Part shown: piece after piece, positions 56,826-64,000 of the stretch | Layout of the letters: every line of letters starts with the position of its first letter | How positions within the stretch are numbered: the first letter of the stretch is position 1 | DNA from: Candidatus Versatilivorator sp. | GTDB lineage: Bacteria > Acidobacteriota > Terriglobia > Versatilivoradales > Versatilivoraceae | NCBI GenBank assembly: GCA_965198125.1 | Contig: CBDAOQ010000003.1 | Location: 4,554,541-4,618,540 of the forward strand | DNA length: 64,000 nt | Reading direction: 5' to 3' | Made by a program: the position numbers and the translations under genes | Notes under the pieces: generated by a model | What the model was told of the DNA's origin: nothing | Seen by the model: the letters and a program-made list of their open reading frames with translations, nothing else | Database searches by the model: none

Positions 56826-57085
56826 ACCCGCATTTCTCACCGGGGGGTAGCACTCTTCTCAAGAGTGCAACTTGGCGCAGGATTTTCCGCTTCAGCGCGT
56901 GCTCGTGACCGAAGGGCGTAGCCGGTACACCATTCGAGGGAGCATGTGCGCGCTGAAGGGGAAAAGACAAGCCAGGGCGCGCCCAGCACGGTGTGTACCC
57001 GGAAGCCTTTAAAATAGGAGCCATAAGCTGCTGAAGATAAACTATCTTTCATGAGGTGCCCTGCGACCCGGTGAGAAATGCGGGT
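56826..57085. mobile_element. ~260-bp MITE (copy 2) with TA duplication, inserted at the pgpA stop codon
   Basis: TA-ACCCGCATTTCTCACCGG...CCGGTGAGAAATGCGGGT-TA. Confidence 0.88.
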
Positions 57086-57603
57086 TACGCCAAAGAGGGC
57101 CAATAGAGTTTAATCAGAACCAACAGCAAGGAGGCGTAAAAGCCGGCCGCCAAATCGTCGAGGACGATTCCGAACCCCAGGGGAACTTTCTCCAAGGACC
57201 TTATCGGGAAGGGCTTGGTAATGTCGAAGAAGCGAAAGAACAGAAAGCCGAGAAAAAGCAGGGTGAATCGGGGGTTTCCGAAGATCAAGCCAAAGGTCAG
57301 CAACTGACCCACGATCTCATCAATGACGACTTGAGGTGGATCCCGCTTACCCAGGACCGCTTCCGCCCGGGAGCCCGCCCAGATGCCTACGGCGCTGATG
57401 ACCGCGACCACCAGCCAATTGACGAAGACCCGCTGTCCCCCGATGAGTTGCCAACGGGAGAGGAGCAAAATCAGCAGAATGCCCACAAAGGAACCGACCG
57501 TGCCGGGTGCTATCGGGAAATAACCGACACCGAATCCCGTGGCAATTACCAGGGCCAATCGGTCCTTGATGCCTGAAGGTCTGGTGACTGTCGGAGCCCC
57601 CAT
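57085..57603 (-). CDS. pgpA: Phosphatidylglycerophosphatase A
   Basis: APGTVGS, DPPQVVIDEIVG, FRFFDITKP, GIVLDDLAAG. Confidence 0.93.
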   Translation of the reverse strand: MGAPTVTRPSGIKDRLALVIATGFGVGYFPIAPGTVGSFVGILLILLLSRWQLIGGQRVFVNWLVVAVISAVGIWAGSRAEAVLGKRDPPQVVIDEIVGQLLTFGLIFGNPRFTLLFLGFLFFRFFDITKPFPIRSLEKVPLGFGIVLDDLAAGFYASLLLVLIKLYWPSLA

Positions 57604-57786
57604 CTATTCTTCAGCCAGCGCTTCTTCAGCGTCCTCGATTTCGGGTGTGTTCTCCACCGGAACCGTGTAGTGGTCCATCGCCCAGTTCCCCAAATCACGC
57701 GTTTGGCAGCGCTCACTGCAAAACGGACGGTGGGTGTTCCCTTCCCACCGAACCGGCTTGCTGCAAATGGGACACTTCAATGCCAT
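57604..57786 (-). CDS. yacG: DNA gyrase inhibitor YacG
   Basis: CPIC..RPFCSERC..DLGNW. Confidence 0.9.
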   Translation of the reverse strand: MALKCPICSKPVRWEGNTHRPFCSERCQTRDLGNWAMDHYTVPVENTPEIEDAEEALAEE

Positions 57787-57850
57787 GCCCTTCTCCACAG
57801 GTAAGCGATAGCACCCGCCCGGGCCGGCCACTTCCAATACACTCCCCAAG

Positions 57851-59173
57851 CTAAACCAATCGCCCCACCAGATCATATTCCATGGCCTGGGTAATTTCAA
57901 CGTTGCCGAATTCTCCTGAATCGGGGGGTGGGCCCTCCAGATCATTGATTAAAACCACGCCATCGATTCTGGGGGCTTGAGACTCCAGCCGGCCTTGCCA
58001 GAGCAGGTCGCTTTCGGCCGATTTTCCCTCCATCAGAACGGGTTGGCGCTCCCCCACCATACCCCGGTTCTTCCGTCGGGAAATTTTCGCTTGGAGGCCC
58101 ATCAACCGCCGCCGGCGCCTTTCCACCAGGGATTGGGGCAGCTTCCCTTCCAGGCGGTAGCTGCCGGCCTCTTCCTCATCCGAATAGGTAAAGGTCCCCA
58201 GCCGATCGAACTGGATCGTCTCCACAAAGCGGCACAGTTCCGCAAACTCCTCTTCAGTCTCGCCGGGGTAACCCACGATCATGGAGGTCCGCAACGTAAT
58301 CCCCGGAACCCGTTCGCAAACCCGATCCAACAGCCGGGAAAGGCTGGAGCTGTTCCCTCCTCGTTTCATCGATCTGAGGATCCTCTCACTGGCATGCTGG
58401 AGAGGCATGTCCAGATACCGGCAGACCTTCTCCTCGTCCCGCATGGCCGCCAGCACATCGTCCCCGAGCTGTGAAGGAAATGCGTAGAGGAAGCGAATCC
58501 AACCGATGCCCTCCACCCTGGCCAGTTCCCTCAAGAGCCGGGAGAGCCCCTGCTTGATACCCAGGTCGGTCCCGTACTGGGTGGTCTCCTGAGAAATCAA
58601 AACGATCTCTCTTGCTCCGCCGTCAGCCAGAAATCGGGCTTCCTTCAGGACGGAAGCCATCGGGCGGCTGCGATGAGGGCCGCGAATCCTGGGGATGACG
58701 CAAAAGGAACAGGGGCGATCGCAACCCTCGGCAATTTTGATGTAGGCGGTGTGGCCGGGGGTCGTCAGCAGGCGGGGGGTTCTTTCGTCGTAAAGGTAAT
58801 AGGGGTTCTCGATTGGCGGCCGGGCGCGATTCTCGCAGACGTCGATGATGGATTCCAACTGGGTGGTTCCCAGGACGGCATCCACCTCGGGAATCTCGGC
58901 TTGAATTTCATCCCTGTAGCGCTCTACCAGGCAGCCGGTAACCACCAGCCGGGAGCACTGACCGCTGTTTTTGAACTCGGCCATCTCCAGGATGGTATCC
59001 ACGCTCTCTTGCTTGGCCTTGTCGATGAAGCCGCAGGTATTGACCACGATGACGTCTGCCCGTTCGGGTTGCGGCGTGATCTCGTACCCTCTTCGACGCA
59101 GCAGCCCCATCATGACCTCGCTGTCGACCAGGTTTTTTTCGCAGCCCAGACTCACCAAACCTATCTTCTTCAT
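57851..59173 (-). CDS. rimO: Ribosomal protein S12 methylthiotransferase
   Basis: SLGCEKNLVDSE, NTCGFI, GCL, KIAEGCDRPCSFCVIP, AP.IDG TRAM region. Confidence 0.95.
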   Translation of the reverse strand: MKKIGLVSLGCEKNLVDSEVMMGLLRRRGYEITPQPERADVIVVNTCGFIDKAKQESVDTILEMAEFKNSGQCSRLVVTGCLVERYRDEIQAEIPEVDAVLGTTQLESIIDVCENRARPPIENPYYLYDERTPRLLTTPGHTAYIKIAEGCDRPCSFCVIPRIRGPHRSRPMASVLKEARFLADGGAREIVLISQETTQYGTDLGIKQGLSRLLRELARVEGIGWIRFLYAFPSQLGDDVLAAMRDEEKVCRYLDMPLQHASERILRSMKRGGNSSSLSRLLDRVCERVPGITLRTSMIVGYPGETEEEFAELCRFVETIQFDRLGTFTYSDEEEAGSYRLEGKLPQSLVERRRRRLMGLQAKISRRKNRGMVGERQPVLMEGKSAESDLLWQGRLESQAPRIDGVVLINDLEGPPPDSGEFGNVEITQAMEYDLVGRLV

Positions 59174-59369
59174 AAGAATACTCTTGGAACCAGTTTGCAG
59201 GAAGGTCCCGGCCAAAGCTGCCAGGAGCCGACAATTTCTGAGGGGCGGTCGGAGAACCCTGCATGCCTCGCGCTACTCCCGAGGCCACCTGTCATTCTAG
59301 CACTTGCCCCCAAATCAGCAAGGAGAGTCGGCCCCGTGTTTCTTCCCGGGCCGGTGCCTGATCGGGGGG

Positions 59370-60488
59370 TTATCGATATCCCACCTTGTAGATCGCGTAG
59401 TCCTCATATCCGGTGGTGACGCGGAGGTAACCACTCAGTTCCCGATTCAGAGATTCGTCGCCGGTGTCAACCAGGAGAGGTCTGCCCCCCAGGGAAGCCA
59501 GCTTCTCTTTGGTGGCTACCACCAGGAGACCCGGCTTCCCGACCTGCCGGAGCAGGGTGGGGCTGATTTGCTGGTTTCCCCGACCCAGAATATGGCCCTG
59601 GCCTCCAATAACGGTGATCACGATTCTGGCACGACGCCCGGCGGTCAGCTCGGTCAGCCGCCGCTCGGAGACGTCGCGGGCAACCAGTCGGCGGTTGCAA
59701 ACGACATCCACACCCAGCAGCGTGTTTGGAAGCCCCAACCTCTCCATGATGGCTCGAGTGGTCGTCCCGGGTCCGATCACAAAAACCTCCGATTCCTGCA
59801 TGGAATCGATGACGTCCTCAGCCATCCCGGCCAGAGCCTGAGCTTCGGACGCCATTCCTCCCGCCTTCATTCTTTGGACATACCGGTTTTCCACGGGTAC
59901 CCGCAGATAACCGTAGAGCCTGGCATCGACCACGCCTTGACGATAGGCCTCCTCGTCAATATCCATGACCTCGCCCTCTCGAACACCTCTCAACCGCCCC
60001 TCGAGGACCCCACGGGCCACCTCTCCGGCGTCCCTGGGTGTCACGGCGTAGACGGCTGAATGAATCTTGACTCCAGCCGGGATTCCCAGGGTTACCAGTT
60101 GGCGGCCCACGGCCTTGCACACATTCCGGGCGGTCCCGTCACCTCCCGCAAACAGGAGCAGGTCCACCTCGCGCTCCAAGAGCTGTCTGGCAGCCTGCTC
60201 GGTGTCCTCCCAGGTGGTTTTCCTTCCCCGTATGGAATCCAGAATCCGAGGGGCCAGACCGGCCCGACGGCAGACATCCTCCCCCATCTGCCGGGGACAA
60301 GTGATCCATTGCACCGCCTCTTTCATTCCCGCAAAGGCGGCCAGCGTCTGGCTGACCCTCTTGGGGGCTTCCGGAGTCGCACCCAGCTTTCGGGCCAGGC
60401 GCAGGACTTCAGGACCGTCACTGCCCTTTAGCCCGACCTTGCCTCCCATCCCGGCGATGGGATTGACAATGAGCCCCACGCTCTTCAT
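59370..60488 (-). CDS. ATP-NAD kinase-family protein
   Basis: GLIVNPIAGMGG.VGLKGSDG, FAGGDGTAR, GIPAGVKIHS, GRGNQQ. Confidence 0.85.
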   Translation of the reverse strand: MKSVGLIVNPIAGMGGKVGLKGSDGPEVLRLARKLGATPEAPKRVSQTLAAFAGMKEAVQWITCPRQMGEDVCRRAGLAPRILDSIRGRKTTWEDTEQAARQLLEREVDLLLFAGGDGTARNVCKAVGRQLVTLGIPAGVKIHSAVYAVTPRDAGEVARGVLEGRLRGVREGEVMDIDEEAYRQGVVDARLYGYLRVPVENRYVQRMKAGGMASEAQALAGMAEDVIDSMQESEVFVIGPGTTTRAIMERLGLPNTLLGVDVVCNRRLVARDVSERRLTELTAGRRARIVITVIGGQGHILGRGNQQISPTLLRQVGKPGLLVVATKEKLASLGGRPLLVDTGDESLNRELSGYLRVTTGYEDYAIYKVGYR

Positions 60489-60500
60489 CGGCAATTGTGT

Positions 60501-62072
60501 CTACCCGTTGCCGGCACCGGCCTGCTTTTTCCTCCGGTACTGGCGCCAGGTGACGGCGATTCTCTCCGGCTCGTCGATGCCGGGTGAGGGAACTTTGTGG
60601 ACCACGGAGTTGTGGGGAGCGTTCTTGACGAATTCCGGATCCCGGTACGCCTCCCTGGAAATTTGACGGAGGACGGCGACGTACTCGTCCAGATCGTCCT
60701 TGGAATAGGACTCGCAGGGTTCCAGGGTAAAAGGCTCCGGTACAATCCAGGGAGGATGACTCATCCAGTAGTGCTGCAGTCCGAAGTCGGCCATTCTCCG
60801 CATCACGTCTTCGGTTCCGACTCCGGTGTCCTGCTTCAGCTTGTCCCAGGAGTAGCGAACCTGCTCCAGGCGGTGTTTTCCTTCGGCATACTGAATGACG
60901 ACCCCCGGGATCTCGCTCAGCTTCTTGAGCAGATAGTTGTTGTTGAGCACCGAGCACTCGGCGACTTCCCGCAGCCCGTCAGCGCCGTGCTGCAAAATCC
61001 AGGCATAGGCCCGCAGAATCGTGGGCGCATTTCCGAGGAAGCACCGTACTCTGCCAATGCTATCCGGCTGGTCATATTCCAGACGGTACTTCTTCCCGTC
61101 GAATGCCACCCGCGGGACCGGCAGAAACCGGCCCAGTTCCCGGACCACTCCGACGGCCCCGGTGGAATGCCCCATACAGGCATGGGGGGAGGAGAAGGTC
61201 TTGTGAATATTGAAGTGGCACAAGTCGAACCCGGCTTCCCTGGCTCGGGTGATGCCCAGGATCCCGTTGGCGTTGGCCTGATCGTAGGCACAGAGCGCCC
61301 CCACCCGGTGGGCGGCCTCGACATACTCATCGATCCTGGGATTGTAGATTCCGGTATCCTCCGGATTGGTGACAAAAATTCCGGCCGTGCGCTCGGACAG
61401 GGCCGCTTTCATGGCTTCCAGGTCGGGATATCCGCTCTCGTCGGGCATAAGCGTGATCACTTTGAATCCGGCGGTGGCCGGACTGGCGGCGTCACAGGGG
61501 TGCGAGAACAAGGTGGTAATGATTTCCGATCTTTTCTCATCCTTCCTGGCCTCGTGATAGGCCCGAACGATGCAAGCATTGGCGTAGACTCCCTGGGCGC
61601 CGCCACCGGGTTGGAAACTGAAATGGTCCAGCCCCGAGATCTCCTTGAGGAACTCCTCCAACCGGAAATAGATCTCCAGAATGCCCTGAATGGTGTCCTC
61701 GTCCTGGAGGGGATGAACATCCCGGAGGCCCGGGTTCCCGACCAGGTGTTCGTGAACCTTGGGGCTGTATTTCATGGTACAGGTCCCCTCACTGGCATCG
61801 ACGGTCATGTCCGCGCCCATGGTCTCCTGTGACAATCTCAGAAAGTGGCGGAGGACCCGAACCTGATTCACTTCGGGCAGTGCAGCCGGCTTCCGTCTTC
61901 TGAGGTTTTCCGGAATCCTGGAAACCCCGTCCCCAACCTCAGCCTCTATTTCCGCTTCAACCCTGGGGAGAAGAATTCCTCTTTCGCCGGGCACACTCAT
62001 CTCGCAGATGATCTGCTCGTCCCACCTTGCCTGATGAAATTTCCGCAACAGCGTGGTCTTGCTCCTGCCCAT
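60501..62072 (-). CDS. gcvPB: Glycine dehydrogenase subunit 2-like (GcvPB paralog)
   Basis: RHFLRLSQ, GTCTMKY, QP.GGAQG, TNPEDTG, HFNIHKTF (PLP Lys), EPCES. Several canonical motifs are divergent. Confidence 0.8.
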   Translation of the reverse strand: MGRSKTTLLRKFHQARWDEQIICEMSVPGERGILLPRVEAEIEAEVGDGVSRIPENLRRRKPAALPEVNQVRVLRHFLRLSQETMGADMTVDASEGTCTMKYSPKVHEHLVGNPGLRDVHPLQDEDTIQGILEIYFRLEEFLKEISGLDHFSFQPGGGAQGVYANACIVRAYHEARKDEKRSEIITTLFSHPCDAASPATAGFKVITLMPDESGYPDLEAMKAALSERTAGIFVTNPEDTGIYNPRIDEYVEAAHRVGALCAYDQANANGILGITRAREAGFDLCHFNIHKTFSSPHACMGHSTGAVGVVRELGRFLPVPRVAFDGKKYRLEYDQPDSIGRVRCFLGNAPTILRAYAWILQHGADGLREVAECSVLNNNYLLKKLSEIPGVVIQYAEGKHRLEQVRYSWDKLKQDTGVGTEDVMRRMADFGLQHYWMSHPPWIVPEPFTLEPCESYSKDDLDEYVAVLRQISREAYRDPEFVKNAPHNSVVHKVPSPGIDEPERIAVTWRQYRRKKQAGAGNG

Positions 62073-62106
62073 CGAATCGTCTCCCGGGGCAACCGGTTGA
62101 TGACGC

Positions 62107-63516
62107 TCAACCTTGCCCTGTTACAGTCTCCAAGGCGATCACCAGCCTGTCGATGTCTTCCTTCGTCATGATTTCGGTCACGCAGTAGAGGGCGCTCTGC
62201 CCCAGTTCCGGGAATTCCCGGGAGAGGGCCTTGCCGCCAATGATCCGGTGCTCCAGCAGGGACTTGTTGACCTGCTCCACGCTCTGGCCGGTGTCTCGAA
62301 AACTCACCACAAACTCCTTGAAGAAGGGTGTGGGGAAGAGAACGTCGACACCCTCGATCCCGGCAATTCGCTTGGCGGCATACTGGGCCTTCTGCATGAT
62401 GACCTGACCCAGCTCCTGCATCCCTTTCGGCCCCAACAGGGCCAGATAGACCCCTGCCGTGATGGCCCACAACCCGGTGGTGGTTCCCGTGTATTCCTTG
62501 CCCTTTTCCCGGGAACCGTAGGAGGTCCGTTCGAAAAGCACCTCTCCAAAGCCATATTCCCCTTCGCGAACCGTTTCGGTGAGACCGAACATCAAATCCT
62601 TGAATTCAGCGATATATCTCATGTCGTCATGGGTGGCGATAAAGCCTCCCTGTCCACCACCACAGAGCAGATGCATGCCAAGAGGATGAAAATCCCCGCA
62701 GGCGAAGGTAGCCCCGTAGCTTGCCGGGGGGGCCATCACACCCAGAGCGATGGGGTCGGTGTAGACCACCAGTTCGGCGCCCTGGGCTCGAACCATCCGG
62801 CTGACCTCCTCGGCTTGGGTTTCAATCACACCCAGGTAGGCGGGGTTTTCGATCACCACCGCCGCCGTCCGCTCGGTAAGCTTGGAACTCAGGTCGCGGA
62901 TATCCACCAAGCCGGTTGCCGGATCCATCTCGATGAGCCCGATTTCGAGTGTCGGGTCCCTGCTCCCCTTGAGATAGTTCCTGATCACGGACAGGGTCTC
63001 CCAACCCATGGACCTGGGCAGGAGCACCTGAGGGCGTCCGGTGATCCGGGAGGCCATGCGCAGTGAAGTGGCGGCCGCCTGAGGACCGTCATACAGGGGA
63101 CAGCTCAGGACATCCATCTCCAGCAGGTCCCCCATCAGACTGGCGTACTCGAAAAACGCCTGCCACTTGCCGTGATCGGCATAGGACTCCCCCACGTAAG
63201 CCGTGAGGAACTCGGCGCGGTTATTGATCTCGTCGCAGACCGCCGGCACGTAGTGCTGAGCACAGCCGGCTCCCAGAAAATTGAGGTGCTCCGAACAATT
63301 CCTGTTCTTCTGCAGCAGCCGCTCCACGTGCCTCTTGATCGACGCCTCGTCCAGAATGGGCTCCGGAAGATTCAGCCTTCTGCCAAGCCGCAAATGGCTC
63401 GGAATCTCGGCATACAGATCCTCGATGCCGGCGGCGCCTATCTCCTTGAGCATCTGCGCCTTGATTTCCGGGACCGAGTTTGGAATATAGGGATAAACGA
63501 TTGGGTCGTTGCTCAT
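62107..63516 (-). CDS. gcvPA: Glycine dehydrogenase subunit 1-like (GcvPA paralog)
   Basis: YPYIP, FLGAG..HYVP, EFLTAY, LYDG, ENP.YLG, REK, CVTE. Confidence 0.8.
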   Translation of the reverse strand: MSNDPIVYPYIPNSVPEIKAQMLKEIGAAGIEDLYAEIPSHLRLGRRLNLPEPILDEASIKRHVERLLQKNRNCSEHLNFLGAGCAQHYVPAVCDEINNRAEFLTAYVGESYADHGKWQAFFEYASLMGDLLEMDVLSCPLYDGPQAAATSLRMASRITGRPQVLLPRSMGWETLSVIRNYLKGSRDPTLEIGLIEMDPATGLVDIRDLSSKLTERTAAVVIENPAYLGVIETQAEEVSRMVRAQGAELVVYTDPIALGVMAPPASYGATFACGDFHPLGMHLLCGGGQGGFIATHDDMRYIAEFKDLMFGLTETVREGEYGFGEVLFERTSYGSREKGKEYTGTTTGLWAITAGVYLALLGPKGMQELGQVIMQKAQYAAKRIAGIEGVDVLFPTPFFKEFVVSFRDTGQSVEQVNKSLLEHRIIGGKALSREFPELGQSALYCVTEIMTKEDIDRLVIALETVTGQG

Positions 63517-63569
63517 CACCACTCCCATTGCCCTGCCTGACGGCAAAATGCGGGACAGCGCCGGCAGTC

Positions 63570-64000
63570 CTACCCACCCACTTCACACCAATCCATGGCC
63601 AGCAGGGCATAGGCCTTGGTCGCCACCATCAGCTCGTCGATTTCGACATACTCGTCGGCAGCGTGTGCGACCAGGATGCTTCCAGGCCCGTAGACAATGC
63701 TCGGAATCCCCTGCGGGTTGAGAAAGGCCGCATCGCAAACCGCGTAAAATCCAGCGAACTTGGCTGGAACGTCGAAGCGCGTTCCCTGCGCAGCTTCGCC
63801 GTGGGCGGCTGCCATGGCTTGGCAGATCGCGTGGCCGGGGTCCACCGAAAAGGCCGGCCAGTTGACCTTCCATTCCACCTTGGGCGGATGGTGCCGGAGC
63901 CACTCGTCCAACTCGCAGGCATGGCGGAGATAGTTCTCGAACTCCTGCCGGACCTCCTGGGGGGTATCCTGGGGGTGATACCACAGGCAATACTCGATCG
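63570..64000 (-). CDS. ArgE/DapE-family M20 deacylase, 3' part (runs off window end)
   Basis: DEWLR.HPP, AVCDAAFL, GIPSIVYGPG, AHAADEYV. Confidence 0.82.
   Translation of the reverse strand, partial: IEYCLWYHPQDTPQEVRQEFENYLRHACELDEWLRHHPPKVEWKVNWPAFSVDPGHAICQAMAAAHGEAAQGTRFDVPAKFAGFYAVCDAAFLNPQGIPSIVYGPGSILVAHAADEYVEIDELMVATKAYALLAMDWCEVGG

Overview
GC-rich bacterial chromosome segment. The gene set (dnaK-dnaJ-hspR, carD, PSD1/DUF1501 pair, TonB receptor with an N-terminal carboxypeptidase-like domain, rimO-pgpA-cinA) suggests Acidobacteriota, which is an inference. Housekeeping blocks lie on the left (glnA 5' end, purE/purD, larE-like, lysK/lysJ, dusB, glycosyltransferases and flippase, PBP1A, dnaK operon, mmsA, carD) and on the right (gpsA, cinA, pgpA, yacG, rimO, a divergent gcvPA/PB-like cluster). 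Between them is a 23-kb accessory zone bounded by convergent tRNA-Val(GAC) and tRNA-Ser(GGA). At tRNA-Val there is a decayed 2.2-kb island with a 16-bp att duplication and stacked MITEs. At tRNA-Ser there is an island-like block: an ABC-type ATPase plus HNH nuclease (Septu/PtuAB-like) directly upstream of a YhhA-type triceptide RiPP operon (precursor ending YDRVHNRHNR, rSAM/SPASM, 2OG-Fe(II) oxygenase, HExxH protein) with no protease or exporter. This is the best candidate for an undescribed system, possibly a RiPP linked to defence. Also notable are an ANTAR-type dual-hexaloop RNA in the glnA leader, a HAIR-like operator on the dnaK promoter, and several families of REP/MITE repeats, including GxxExxY-derived inverted-repeat cassettes. 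No CRISPR array, rRNA, intact transposase or integrase was seen. All calls come from visual motif recognition; no searches were run.
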